Below are positions 9,127 to 21,733 of a DNA stretch of 35,255 bases, piece by piece. Both the position numbers and the translations under genes were made by a program. Numbering within the stretch: the first letter of the stretch is position 1; every line of letters begins with the position of its first letter. The DNA is from Candidatus Fermentibacterota bacterium (GTDB taxonomy: Bacteria > Fermentibacterota > Fermentibacteria > Fermentibacterales > JCC-6): positions 1 to 35,255 of the forward strand of contig JAUWJE010000001.1 of NCBI GenBank assembly GCA_030607835.1, written 5' to 3'. A model generated the notes under the pieces. That model saw only the letters and a list, made by a program, of their open reading frames with translations, ran no database searches and was not told where the DNA came from.

Positions 9127-10476
9127 ATGAAGATGGACAGTTTCAAACCTGACGAGTTATGGATTCAATGTCTCAGTGAAGCGGAAAAATCCCTTGAATC
9201 AACTGAATTTGAAGCCTGGCTGAAGAACTCCAGTTTCGAAGATCTTAATGGCAGTCTTCTCGTAATCCGTTTTCCAAACTCATTCGTTGCTGGTCATGCA
9301 AAATCCAGATTTGGTGAATTCCTTGAGGAACTCATTCGGGATATCTCCGGCAGAAAGGATCTTGCTCTTCAATTTATCGGTGACCCTGCGAAACCAGGTC
9401 CATCATCTTCGATTTCTATTTCCGCCAGGCGATCTTCAAATCAATCTGATACGGTTTTTCTTCGTTCAAACTATACTTTCGATCACTTTGTCGTTGGCCC
9501 TAATAATCAGCTTGCTCACGCAGGAGCACTTGCTGTAGCCCGTGGCAGTAATTCTGCCAGTTATAATCCTCTCTTTATCTACGGTGGTGTCGGACTTGGT
9601 AAAACACATCTTATCCAGGCAATAGCACATCACCTGCGTCAGGACGGAAGAGGTCGAACCTTTCACTACCTTTCCACAGAACTGCTGGTTGATCGATATA
9701 TTAAATCTGTATTACAGAATGACTTCTCAAAATTCAGGAAGCTGTTCCATAATATTGATTTTCTACTGATGGACGACATTCAGTTTCTTAAAGGAAAAGA
9801 GCAGACTCAGGAAGAGTTCTTTCACCGATTCAACGAGCTCCATCAGAACGGTAAACAGATTGTTCTTACTTCAGATAGACCTCCACATGAACTTCAGGAT
9901 CTTCATGAAAGGCTGATCAGTCGTTTTCAATGGGGACTCGTAGCGGATATAAAACCTCCGGAGTACGAAACACGACTTGCTATTCTTCAACTGCTATTTC
10001 GCGATGAGAAATTGGATATTTCACATGATGTCCTCGATTTTATCGCATCTTCTATCAGAAAAAATGTTCGTCAGCTTGCTGGTGTAGTACACAGACTCGC
10101 TGCAATCTCCCGTTTAACAGACTGTGATATAAATATGGATCTTGCCCAGAGAGAGATTCGCTCCTCACTCGGTTCTATAACAAGAAGACTTACAGTGGGA
10201 AACATAACTTCCGCGGTCGCTGAGGATTTCAATGTTTCACCAGGACAGCTTAAGGGAAAACAGAGGAAACGAAGTATTCTTATTCCAAGACAGGTTGCCA
10301 TGTCTCTTATAAGAGAGCTTACCTCTATGTCACTAAAGGAAATAGGTTCGTTTTTTTCTGGTCGTGATCATTCAACCGTTCTAAATTCTATTGACAGAAT
10401 TGATGAACTGAAGAAACAGGATCCTGAACTGGAAAGAACTATAGAAGATTTGAGAAGGAAACTTACTTCAATCTGA
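9127..10476 (+). CDS. dnaA: Chromosomal replication initiator protein DnaA
   Basis: 449 aa. It has the AAA+ Walker A motif GGVGLGKTHL, box VII, and the C-terminal DNA-binding domain (RSILIPRQVAMSLIRELT..., GRDHSTVLNS). Confidence 0.97.
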   Translation: MKMDSFKPDELWIQCLSEAEKSLESTEFEAWLKNSSFEDLNGSLLVIRFPNSFVAGHAKSRFGEFLEELIRDISGRKDLALQFIGDPAKPGPSSSISISARRSSNQSDTVFLRSNYTFDHFVVGPNNQLAHAGALAVARGSNSASYNPLFIYGGVGLGKTHLIQAIAHHLRQDGRGRTFHYLSTELLVDRYIKSVLQNDFSKFRKLFHNIDFLLMDDIQFLKGKEQTQEEFFHRFNELHQNGKQIVLTSDRPPHELQDLHERLISRFQWGLVADIKPPEYETRLAILQLLFRDEKLDISHDVLDFIASSIRKNVRQLAGVVHRLAAISRLTDCDINMDLAQREIRSSLGSITRRLTVGNITSAVAEDFNVSPGQLKGKQRKRSILIPRQVAMSLIRELTSMSLKEIGSFFSGRDHSTVLNSIDRIDELKKQDPELERTIEDLRRKLTSI

Positions 10477-10478
10477 TA

Positions 10479-10619
10479 TGTGGAAAATTATATAGATAAT
10501 TTGTTTAAAAATAGTTGTTGTTGAAAACTCATCATTCACTGAACTGTTTTCCACATTTATTCAACAACCCTAAATGAACATGTGTTCTTAATAACAGGTG
10601 ACATGTCTACATATCCACA
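10479..10619. promoter_or_regulatory. DnaA-box cluster plus an AT-rich stretch in the dnaA-dnaN spacer (candidate oriC/DUE)
   Basis: TGTGGAAAA (10479-10487), TTTTCCACA (10547-10555) and ATATCCACA (10611-10619). The stretch 10488-10530 between them is strongly AT-rich (ttatatagataatttgtttaaaaatag...). Confidence 0.6.
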
Positions 10620-10680
10620 TGTATAATAACTATCATTATTGTTCTCTTATAATTGTTTTCATAAAGCTGGAGGAAAACGT

Positions 10681-11817
10681 ATGATCAAGCTTCTTGTTAA
10701 TCATTCCGATTTGCTGAAAGGTCTGAACTGTGTAGCAACAGCGCTTCCTGCCAGAAGCAGTCTTCCATATCTGACCAATGTTCTTCTTGAGACAGTGGGA
10801 GACAGGTTGAAGCTATCAGCAACTGATCTGGATACTACAGTAATAACCACCATTCCTGCATCAATAACAACAGCTGGTTCAATAACACTTCCTGGAAAAA
10901 AGCTGCATGAAATTGTACGTGAATTACCTGAGGAAGAAGTAAGAATGAGCGCTACAGGTAACAGAATAACCATAAACTGTGGCCAGGGATCATTTGCTCT
11001 AAGCGGCAGTTCAAGTGAGCAATTCCCTTCACTTCCTTCAAAGAGCAGTACGGATCCATGTATCGTTCCTGTAAGTGTTTTGTCTGACGCCATAAGAAAG
11101 ACTTCTTATGCGGTAGCGAGAGATGATTACAGAGCGACGTTGAATGGAGCGTTGCTTGAAATAGGTGAAAACGGATTTGAAATGGTTGCTACAGACGGGC
11201 ACAGATTGAGCTGTATCAGTCTTGGAAGTATAAAATCAGATAACAGTATCAAGGCCCTTATAACGCAAAAAGCTCTTAATCTTTTCGCAAAACTCTCCTC
11301 TGCTGGTGATGTAAATATACGTTTCAAGGGTTCGCAGATATCATTTGAATTTGATAATACGATGATATTCAGTCGAACTATAGATGGTGAGTATCCTCCT
11401 TACAAGAAAGTTATTCCCAAAGAAAACGACTGTATTCTCCACACTGATAGAGAAAATCTTATATCTGTACTGAGACGTGTTAAAACAATGGCTAATCCAT
11501 CAACACATCAGGTTAAGTTTTCACTTGAAAAAGATTCCATTGTAATTCAGGCGGAAAGTGCGGATGCCGGAGAGGCAAAAGAAACACTTGTCTCTGAGTA
11601 TGAAGGAAATCCGTTCCAGATAGGTTTCAACTGTAATTTCCTTATGGAGATTCTCCGTAACATGCACTGTGAAAGAATAATAATGAGAATGAAGGATAGT
11701 AATACAGCTGTACTCATTAACGACGAAGAAGAATCAGAAGGAAATGATGCATACCTCGCACTGATTATGACCGTTAAACTCTCTAAAACACTGGAAAATC
11801 AGGTGGAAAGAGATTAA
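10681..11817 (+). CDS. dnaN: DNA polymerase III beta sliding clamp DnaN
   Basis: An ATG at 10681 is preceded by GGAGG (10668-10672). MIKLLVNHSDLLKGLNCV... shows the three-domain clamp pattern. The track ORF begins at an upstream TTG (10639), which I reject. Confidence 0.95.
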   Translation: MIKLLVNHSDLLKGLNCVATALPARSSLPYLTNVLLETVGDRLKLSATDLDTTVITTIPASITTAGSITLPGKKLHEIVRELPEEEVRMSATGNRITINCGQGSFALSGSSSEQFPSLPSKSSTDPCIVPVSVLSDAIRKTSYAVARDDYRATLNGALLEIGENGFEMVATDGHRLSCISLGSIKSDNSIKALITQKALNLFAKLSSAGDVNIRFKGSQISFEFDNTMIFSRTIDGEYPPYKKVIPKENDCILHTDRENLISVLRRVKTMANPSTHQVKFSLEKDSIVIQAESADAGEAKETLVSEYEGNPFQIGFNCNFLMEILRNMHCERIIMRMKDSNTAVLINDEEESEGNDAYLALIMTVKLSKTLENQVERD

Positions 11818-11862
11818 GGGCAATAAGGGTATAATGGTGCGCTTTGTGAATAATTGATACTA

Positions 11863-14101
<2,239 letters not shown>

Positions 14102-14135
14102 AAAATTTAGAAATAAAGCATAATTATTACCTAAA

Positions 14136-16607
14136 ATGCTTGGAGGCGGACATTTGAGCGGCAGCACAGGTAAGATAATAGATATCATAGACATAGAAGA
14201 GGAGATGAAACGCTCTTATATGGATTATTCCATGAGCGTTATAGTCTCGAGGGCACTTCCCGATGTCCGAGATGGGTTGAAGCCTGTACACAGACGAATT
14301 CTGTATTCGATGTACGAACAGAAACTTACGCACAGGCGACCGTATAAGAAATCCGCTGCAGTAGTGGGGGATGTTCTTGGAAAATATCACCCGCATGGTG
14401 ATAGCGCTGTCTATGACGCAATGGTACGGATGGCGCAGGATTTCTCGCTGAGACACCCTCTGATAGATGGACAGGGAAACTTCGGATCGGTAGATGGAGA
14501 TCTGGCAGCAGCGTACAGATATACGGAAGCAAGAATGTCCAGAATTGGCGAAGAACTGCTTCGAGATATCGATAGCGAAACAGTCGATATGACCCCCAAT
14601 TTCGATGATCGCCTGAAAGAACCGTCCATCCTGCCCGCCGGCATGCCACATCTTCTCGTTAATGGATCATCTGGAATTGCTGTTGGTATGGCCACGAATA
14701 TACCGCCACATAATCTCAGAGAAGTTGTAGAAGCCTGCTGTAGAATCATAGAGAACCCCGACCTGTCAGATGAAGAGCTTTATGAGATCATCAAGGGGCC
14801 GGATTTTCCAACAGGAGGAATAATCTCGGGACTTCGGGGAATCAGAAATGCTTACAGTACCGGAAAGGGATTAATTCATGTCCGCGGTAAAGTGACTACT
14901 GAAGTAACACCAAAAGGCAGGGAAGCAATCATAATTGTGGAAATTCCCTATCAGGTAAACAAGACGTCACTTATCGAATCTATAGTAGATCTTGTCAAAC
15001 ATAAGAAGATAACGATGATAGCTGATCTTCGGGATGAGTCCGACAGAGATGGCATGAGACTGGTAATAGAACTTAAGAAAGATGCTGTAACTGAAATAGT
15101 CCTTAACCAGCTTTACAAACACACCACGCTTGCAAAAACATTCGGAGCCAACTGTCTTGCTCTTGCTTCCGGAAGACCATTAAGGCTAAATCTCCGACAG
15201 ATGATTGATTACTACATTGAACATCGTCATGATGTCATTGAGAGAAGGATAGCTTTCGACCTGAAAAAGGCGGAAGCAAGATCACACATTGTCGAAGGTC
15301 TGCTAAAGGCTCAGGATGTGATAGAAGAAGTAATAAAAGTTATTAGAGAATCTGGAAGCAGCGAAGAAGCAAAGAAAAAACTTATAGAAATATTTGATTT
15401 CTCCGAAATACAGGCTCAAGCCATTTTGGAAATGCGCTTAAGAAAACTTACCGGACTTGAGCGGGAAGAACTGGAAGTAGAGTTTGAAGAACTCCGGGTT
15501 CTCTTGGAAGGACTTCGAATAATGGCCTCGGATCGCTCAGAACGCATGAAGGTTGTGTCAGAGGAACTAAGGGAAGTTGCCGAGATATATGGAGAAGACA
15601 GGAAAACGGAAATAGAACCTTATGCAGCAGATGAATTTGATATTGAAGATCTTATACCTGATGATGCAATGGTAATTACCCTCTCTCGTGAAGGATACGT
15701 AAAGAGGCTTTCAACAGATACTTATAGAAGTCAACACAGAGGTGGAAAAGGAATTACTGGAGCGAGAACGAAGGAGGAAGATTCAATTGATCAGATTTTT
15801 GTATCCTCCAACCATAGTTATATACTGTTTTTCACCAATCAGGGAAGATGCTACTGGTTAAAAGTTTACAAGATTCCTGAAGTTGGAAGAATCAGCAAAG
15901 GGAAAGCTATAGTGAATCTTCTGGATCTCGAACCGGAAGAACGTCCTGTCGCGAACGTATGCGTAAAAGAATTCGATGAAAACCGCTTTATCCTGATGGC
16001 GACCAGCAATGGATTAATTAAGAAAACCCCTCTTTCCAGTTACAGCCATCCTCGACGGAACGGCATATGGGCGATCAAGCTTGATGAAAAGGCAGAACTC
16101 GTCAGTGCTTCATTGACAAACGGAAACAGCCGGGTTCTGCTTGCACTGGCAAACGGGAAGGCCAATAGATTCAGTGAAAAAGAAATACGTTCCATGGGAA
16201 GATATACAAGAGGAGTAAGAGGAATAAACGTTACTGGAGATGACCGCCTCGGTGGAATGGTTATCATGCATGTGCCAGGAAGCATGCTCACAGTGACCGA
16301 GAACGGGTTTGGAAAGAGAACGTGGTCTGAGGATTACAGACTTACTCACAGGGGAAGCGCCGGTGTTATTAACATCCGTAATATTCAGCGGAATGTCCGT
16401 GTAATTTCAATAATGCACGAGGCAAAAGAACATGAGTTAATCCTAGTTTCAGCCCTCGGCATGATAAAACGGTTACAACTCGAACAGATTAGAGAAATGG
16501 GTAGAAGCACTATGGGTGTAAGACTTATGAATCTGCCGGATAACGACAGAGTTGTTGACGCTGCTGTAGTCCAACCGGAGGATGAACAGGTTCCAATAGA
16601 GGAGTAA
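14136..16607 (+). CDS. gyrA: DNA gyrase subunit A
   Basis: 823 aa. Motifs include [12 protein letters not shown], the [14 protein letters not shown], the catalytic [11 protein letters not shown], and C-terminal beta-pinwheel repeats. An in-frame TTG at 14154 sits 7 nt after GGAGG (14142-14146) and is an alternative start. Confidence 0.97.
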   Translation: MLGGGHLSGSTGKIIDIIDIEEEMKRSYMDYSMSVIVSRALPDVRDGLKPVHRRILYSMYEQKLTHRRPYKKSAAVVGDVLGKYHPHGDSAVYDAMVRMAQDFSLRHPLIDGQGNFGSVDGDLAAAYRYTEARMSRIGEELLRDIDSETVDMTPNFDDRLKEPSILPAGMPHLLVNGSSGIAVGMATNIPPHNLREVVEACCRIIENPDLSDEELYEIIKGPDFPTGGIISGLRGIRNAYSTGKGLIHVRGKVTTEVTPKGREAIIIVEIPYQVNKTSLIESIVDLVKHKKITMIADLRDESDRDGMRLVIELKKDAVTEIVLNQLYKHTTLAKTFGANCLALASGRPLRLNLRQMIDYYIEHRHDVIERRIAFDLKKAEARSHIVEGLLKAQDVIEEVIKVIRESGSSEEAKKKLIEIFDFSEIQAQAILEMRLRKLTGLEREELEVEFEELRVLLEGLRIMASDRSERMKVVSEELREVAEIYGEDRKTEIEPYAADEFDIEDLIPDDAMVITLSREGYVKRLSTDTYRSQHRGGKGITGARTKEEDSIDQIFVSSNHSYILFFTNQGRCYWLKVYKIPEVGRISKGKAIVNLLDLEPEERPVANVCVKEFDENRFILMATSNGLIKKTPLSSYSHPRRNGIWAIKLDEKAELVSASLTNGNSRVLLALANGKANRFSEKEIRSMGRYTRGVRGINVTGDDRLGGMVIMHVPGSMLTVTENGFGKRTWSEDYRLTHRGSAGVINIRNIQRNVRVISIMHEAKEHELILVSALGMIKRLQLEQIREMGRSTMGVRLMNLPDNDRVVDAAVVQPEDEQVPIEE

Positions 16608-16876
16608 AAATAAAAGTAAGTGAAATAGTCCGAGAGATAGAATCCTGGAGCAAAGAGAACAAGCTCTATTCAGCTCGCCCTCCGGAAGTTGGAAAAGGTT
16701 TTTCTCTACCCGCAAAATCACTGAACAAATCTGTTATCACGCCAGAAGCAAGAGACAGCATATTCAAAATAGACCTCTTCTCAAAGGACTGGCCAGAAGC
16801 GGGAGAAATTCTTGCGTACCTTCTTTCAAAAATAAAAGAAAGTGATGGTCGGATTCTTCTCGAAAATCTATCCAGT

Positions 16877-19800
16877 ATGAATGAACCTCCTCCTGTGGAA
16901 CAGGATATGGCAACGAAATGGTTCTCCGCAGTTAGTAACCTTCCGTCTTCTGCTGTTGTTGTAGCCGTCCTCGAATTCTTCCAGTTGAGCTGGACATGGA
17001 ATCAGATAGGACCGAGTACAGGATTAACATTTAATGAATTCCTCAGCCTGTTATATCGAGTGTTTCAGGTACTTGCAGAAACGCAAGGAGATATATCTCT
17101 TGTTCGGAGCCTGATACAGATGGGTTCTAACTGGCCTGAACGTTTCGGATTTATCCTCGAGAGAACGAGAATCGGCGGAGGAAATGTCATACACGCTCTG
17201 GAGAAAGCACAGGAACTGATACCTGAAATACCACATGTTTCTGAAAATTCTCTTGTTGATTTCGCTCTGGAAACAGGATGGTATCTTCTCGGAAACGAAA
17301 GCCTCCCTGTATGGAGAGCTGTTGGTAGAAATGGAGAATCTCTTCTGAGAAAGCTGCGGGGATTTTCAATACAGATGGAGTCAATAAAGGTTCTTTCAGG
17401 ATTTCTTGGTCGACTGGAGGAGACGGATCAGCTTCAAAATCTGCTTGAAGATTCAATTCCAGATGAAATAGAAAAAATAGTCGGCTCACTCGAAGAAACC
17501 CTGCTTTCAGAAGTGCTTGAACTGCTTTCAGAGGAAGCGATCAGAGCGCTTAAAAGACGATCTGAAAGAGATATGTGCCTGGAAATCATAGGCATTCCCG
17601 CACGGGACTGTTCTCATTATGAATACGGACAAGCCATAGCCGAGATAATGTTGTTCAGGAGTAGAGGGAAAGCGGAGAGAAAGGTATTTATAGAGGTTTG
17701 TGCCTGTTGCGCGACAAACGAAAACGCCTGTCCTCTTATTGAAATCGCTAAACTGTCGGCTGAACGCAGGGAAACACCTTTTTATGATTCGATAAAGACA
17801 GAGCACTATTTTCGATTCATACCAATCGCTCTTTCGATTCTTGAGGGCAAAGAAAAATCTCCGGAATACAGGCGAGTTACTAATTCCATAGGTCGACTTA
17901 TGGATGCAATACTGAGTCAGGATGATCCAGTCATATCACTGGAATCACTTGAGAAGTTAATGGCGGAATCAGAAATCAATTTCGATAAGCTTCTTCCGGC
18001 TATGATCCTGTTGCTTCGATCAACCAATGAATCATTGAAACATGAGCACGTTATCAAGAGCGAGATATTCGTCTCGATACTTGATCTGTTTGATGAAAAT
18101 TACCGCCGAAGAATTCTTGAAGGAGAACACACAGACTGGCTTGCTCCCCTTGCTAATGGAACCATTGATTCCTGCACGAAGGTTGTTGAGGCGCTTGGGA
18201 GAATTTCAAACCGATCTCTCCGAAGTCGCTTTATGGACAAAGTGATAGCTCCTCTCTTTCAGGAGATAGGATCGGAGGAGTTAATATTTAGCGAGTTAAT
18301 CACTTCGGCCGTCTCCACATACAACAGAGATATGAATTTGGAACAGCTCAGAAATGAAGAAACAAGTATCCTTGGTCAACTATTCAGAGCAGAAGACAGG
18401 AGCAAAGCGCTTAAGGTCTCAATGAATCGACTCCTGCGGATACCTGGCATAGAGGAAAAAAGCGCAAACGATCTTATTTACTGCGCCCGTAATCTTTGTG
18501 AGACTCTTTCACAGCAGGCGGTCTGGCTGGAGAAATCAGGTCACAGGATCTTCAGCAGGTTCCTCTCAAGAGGATTGACGGCTTTTGTTAAAACTCTGGT
18601 TGAGTATCCTGAGGTTTCGGAACACCTGACAAGCGGTAACCTGATGAGAGAATTGCTGACCAGACTGATTCCTTCAAAGGAAATGGAAGACAGCAATGTA
18701 GCTCTATGGCAGCTGAAAACCGCTTCGGTGTTTTTCGGTGAGACTATTCCATACTCGGTGGAAATACTTGCAGGCCGACCTGATTTAGTTGTTTCATATC
18801 TTCGAGATATTACAGAACTTGCTGTTGGCTCGATGCATGGTGAACTTGCAGGAGCTACTTTCCTTTCCTGGATGTCGAACAGACTTGAGAAAAGACTCAT
18901 AGAAGAATATGCACGAAAACTTCATAGCAATTCAATTCTTACAGAACTGCAGAATGATATTGACGGATCACAGTTAATGAATGCCTGGAGAGGTGTTCGA
19001 AACAGCTCGTCAACAATACTGAGAGATGCAGTTGATTCACTGAAAGTTGTAACCCAGCAGATACTTCACAGAAAAATTGTAATAAGAGAAGGAAGAAAAC
19101 TAGTTGAAGGTTTTATAGAAAATGGATCTGAGGAACTTATTTCAAAAGTCTCTGTGTCTCCGGACAGAAAAGAGGTTACAGAGCTGCAAAAAATTGCGGG
19201 AGATTTCGAGCTGATAGATATTTTCAGAATCATGGAGGGAAGAGAACCGCCTGGAAAGAAAAAACAGCTTCCTGCGAACTTAGAGCAGTTTTTCTATTCG
19301 CGCGAACGTGACCGCGAGTGTCCTCCGGGAGAGAATCCCAGCAGGTACTGGAGGAGCAAAGCCTTCTCTACTCTGGAGAATGTACTTATTGACATCATTC
19401 TGCTCTATACAAGCAATGAAAGCCTATCGAAGATTGAACAGATGATGGATGATTTTATCGAGATTGTTGGTTATCTTGGTGCCGATGAAGTCTTCAGACC
19501 GGAAATAATTTTTACAGCATTGGAAAAATCCCTTTCAAAGACGGAAAGAGGAAGAAAGCTGACCGTTCAGACTGTGGAGAAAAAGCTTGAGAAAAACATT
19601 TACAGGCTCATGTGGCGCAGAAAAGCAACGAGCAAAACAGCCGAATCTGTAAGAGGATTGATTCCGGAGAAAAAAATAACCAACATGCTTTTTGATAGAA
19701 TTACCAGAGAAAATACATCAAGAGAACAGATTCTCTTCACAAAGAAATACGCAAGAATATTCGCATCGATTGAAAGCATAATCATGAAGCACAAGGACTC

Positions 19801-20275
19801 GGAGATACAATCTGCCAGATCGGTTCTTCAACATATCTGGATATTTAATTCGGAAGCGGTCAGACCCTCTTCAACGGTCGAAACCGCAAGAGACGCAGTA
19901 GAAACAATAACCCAGTTCTTCCTCGAAATAGGAGCCAGAACAGGGGCTGTAACCGCGCTTGAAGCCGGTACGATAAGCCTGGGCATGAGACGTAAATACA
20001 GAGATAACGCCAACACAGTTGCCATACTGATCAGATGGACGCAGGACTCATCCAGGGGAGACCTTCTTGCGCTTGTTGAAGCGCACCACCCTCTTCTTGA
20101 AGCAGTAAGCCGAGACAGCGAATTGATTCAGCTTATTGATGATATGTGGGATGACGGTAAGGCACGGTTATACATCAGGTCACTCGCGGATCGACCGGAC
20201 AGACTGAAAGACCGTTTGCTTCATCATATCGGAATGAAGTCCAAATGGAACATCAATGGCATCAGATATGTCTGA
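16877..20275 (+). CDS. Large (1132 aa or more) hypothetical protein. It looks all-helical, with no motif I can assign.
   Basis: A long uninterrupted ORF with coding-like composition. There is no terminator after gyrA, and its 3' end overlaps the asparaginase ORF by 20 nt. I see no Walker A motif, TM segment or signal peptide. The same frame is stop-free back to 16586. Confidence 0.8.
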   Translation: MNEPPPVEQDMATKWFSAVSNLPSSAVVVAVLEFFQLSWTWNQIGPSTGLTFNEFLSLLYRVFQVLAETQGDISLVRSLIQMGSNWPERFGFILERTRIGGGNVIHALEKAQELIPEIPHVSENSLVDFALETGWYLLGNESLPVWRAVGRNGESLLRKLRGFSIQMESIKVLSGFLGRLEETDQLQNLLEDSIPDEIEKIVGSLEETLLSEVLELLSEEAIRALKRRSERDMCLEIIGIPARDCSHYEYGQAIAEIMLFRSRGKAERKVFIEVCACCATNENACPLIEIAKLSAERRETPFYDSIKTEHYFRFIPIALSILEGKEKSPEYRRVTNSIGRLMDAILSQDDPVISLESLEKLMAESEINFDKLLPAMILLLRSTNESLKHEHVIKSEIFVSILDLFDENYRRRILEGEHTDWLAPLANGTIDSCTKVVEALGRISNRSLRSRFMDKVIAPLFQEIGSEELIFSELITSAVSTYNRDMNLEQLRNEETSILGQLFRAEDRSKALKVSMNRLLRIPGIEEKSANDLIYCARNLCETLSQQAVWLEKSGHRIFSRFLSRGLTAFVKTLVEYPEVSEHLTSGNLMRELLTRLIPSKEMEDSNVALWQLKTASVFFGETIPYSVEILAGRPDLVVSYLRDITELAVGSMHGELAGATFLSWMSNRLEKRLIEEYARKLHSNSILTELQNDIDGSQLMNAWRGVRNSSSTILRDAVDSLKVVTQQILHRKIVIREGRKLVEGFIENGSEELISKVSVSPDRKEVTELQKIAGDFELIDIFRIMEGREPPGKKKQLPANLEQFFYSRERDRECPPGENPSRYWRSKAFSTLENVLIDIILLYTSNESLSKIEQMMDDFIEIVGYLGADEVFRPEIIFTALEKSLSKTERGRKLTVQTVEKKLEKNIYRLMWRRKATSKTAESVRGLIPEKKITNMLFDRITRENTSREQILFTKKYARIFASIESIIMKHKDSEIQSARSVLQHIWIFNSEAVRPSSTVETARDAVETITQFFLEIGARTGAVTALEAGTISLGMRRKYRDNANTVAILIRWTQDSSRGDLLALVEAHHPLLEAVSRDSELIQLIDDMWDDGKARLYIRSLADRPDRLKDRLLHHIGMKSKWNINGIRYV

Positions 20276-21269
20276 CCACATTGAATCTCCAGTTAAAGAA
20301 ATAGCTCTTGTTTCTACTGGAGGTACTATTGAAATGATGACCGGTAGAAGAGGACTGGTTATTACAGACGGCATTAATCAGTATCTACTTGATGGAGACG
20401 TTATTCCTGCCAATATCAATGTCACAAAAATTGAATTCAGCAGTGTTCCCAGTCCACATATTACTCCTGCTAGAATGAGAGAACTCTGTCTCAGGCTTGA
20501 AGAGCTTGCAGCCTGCGGAAAATATGATGGAATTGTCGTAACTCACGGAACAGATACACTGGAAGAAAGCGCTTTTCTTGCGGATATATATTTGAATGAA
20601 CAGGTGCCAGTTGTCTTTACAGCAGCAATGCGAAGTTATGCTGAGATGGGAGTTGATGGACCGAGAAACCTTAGAGGGGCTTTGCTTGTTGCTGCAAATC
20701 CTGAAGTTCATAAGTTGGGAGTTACAGTAGTTCTTAACGACGAGATTCACGCCGCAGGAAGGGTCACTAAGACGTATACAAGTAATGTAAGCAGCTTTGC
20801 GTCACCAGGCTATGGCCCTCTTGGCTTTGTGGATCAGGATAGGATTCTTCTGCAGAGAATGCCTTTATGGAGACTTCATCTGCCGCCCGGAGAACTTATT
20901 ATGAACAGAAGAATAGGGCTTGTCAGAATAGCGTCTGGTTTTGGCGCAAGAGAAATCAGATTCAGTGCGGATTGTGAAGACCCTGGGCTGGTAATAGAGG
21001 CATTCGGACGGGGTAATGTTCCGGTAGATGTTGCGCTCGCGATTGAATATGCGGTAAACAAAGGCACAATAGTCTGTGTATCAAGCAGATGTTACATTGG
21101 AAGAGTGCTTGGTGTTTACAACTATTCAGGGGGTGGTGTTGATCTGGAGCAGAAAGGTGCAATCTTTGCAGGAGATATTCAGGGACACAAGCTGAGATTG
21201 CTGCTTATGGCATGTGTTGGCATGAAGTGCGACAGTCAGGAAATCAGAGAACTGCTTAAGGGACTTTGA
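20256..21269 (+). CDS. ansA: Type I (cytoplasmic-type) L-asparaginase
   Basis: 337 aa. It has the STGGTIEM (TGGTI) catalytic threonine motif, HGTDTLEE, and a size typical of the family. An alternative start lies at 20268. Confidence 0.85.
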   Translation: MASDMSDHIESPVKEIALVSTGGTIEMMTGRRGLVITDGINQYLLDGDVIPANINVTKIEFSSVPSPHITPARMRELCLRLEELAACGKYDGIVVTHGTDTLEESAFLADIYLNEQVPVVFTAAMRSYAEMGVDGPRNLRGALLVAANPEVHKLGVTVVLNDEIHAAGRVTKTYTSNVSSFASPGYGPLGFVDQDRILLQRMPLWRLHLPPGELIMNRRIGLVRIASGFGAREIRFSADCEDPGLVIEAFGRGNVPVDVALAIEYAVNKGTIVCVSSRCYIGRVLGVYNYSGGGVDLEQKGAIFAGDIQGHKLRLLLMACVGMKCDSQEIRELLKGL

Positions 21270-21347
21270 CAGTGCCGGACTTTATTGACAAACAAGAACT
21301 CATAGGTTTAGTTTACCGCATGCGGCGGAGGAACAGGCTGGTTTTAT

Positions 21348-21695
21348 ATGCCTGAGAAGGGTTTTACTGCGACTTTCATTTCTAATTCGGGTAAAACACA
21401 CCATCAGTTCAATATAAGCGGGTGGAAGCTTCATCTGAGCAGGGTAATACTGGCGCTATTTGTGCTTATTGTGTCTGCCGCGGTAGTAATTGTTGCTTTA
21501 GGGTTGATTGAGACTGGAGAAACAGACAGACTCAGAGAAGAAATTTCCAGTCTGCAGGATTCCCTTGTAATAAGGCGGAATATTGAAGCACGCCTGGAGA
21601 ATATTGAAGAGAATCTTGAACAGTTAGGAAGTTTCAGACAACGAATCGAAAACATCGCGGGTATTATTTCACCGCAGTTGGATTCTCCAGAGTAA
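21348..21695 (+). CDS. Single-pass membrane coiled-coil protein resembling the N-terminal anchor of M23 (LytM) peptidases but lacking the peptidase domain
   Basis: 115 aa. GFTATFISNSGKTHHQFNISGWKL is followed by the TM segment ILALFVLIVSAAVVIVALGLI and then a coiled coil (LREEISSLQDSL...LENIEENLEQL). The stop comes 38 nt before the bactofilin gene. Confidence 0.6.
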   Translation: MPEKGFTATFISNSGKTHHQFNISGWKLHLSRVILALFVLIVSAAVVIVALGLIETGETDRLREEISSLQDSLVIRRNIEARLENIEENLEQLGSFRQRIENIAGIISPQLDSPE

Positions 21696-21733
21696 TAATG
21701 CGATAGAGAATAAGAAAAGAGGAAACAGGAATC

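Noticed and set aside
10639-10680. Upstream TTG extension of dnaN. The same issue applies to the 22186 extension of the first ATPase gene and the 25034 extension of atpE.
   Set aside because: The extensions cover DnaA boxes or intergenic sequence, or lie inside the preceding gene (atpK). They add non-conserved residues, and the downstream ATGs give canonical N-termini. The dnaN ATG also has a good SD.
14127-14749. Three overlapping minus-strand ORFs (174, 107 and 112 aa)
   Set aside because: They are antisense to the highly conserved 5' region of gyrA. I see no motifs or ribosome-binding sites.
16473-16721. 82-aa minus-strand ORF spanning the gyrA 3' end
   Set aside because: It is antisense to gyrA and to the stop-free extension of the large ORF. 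It is a hydrophobic, low-complexity sequence with no start context.
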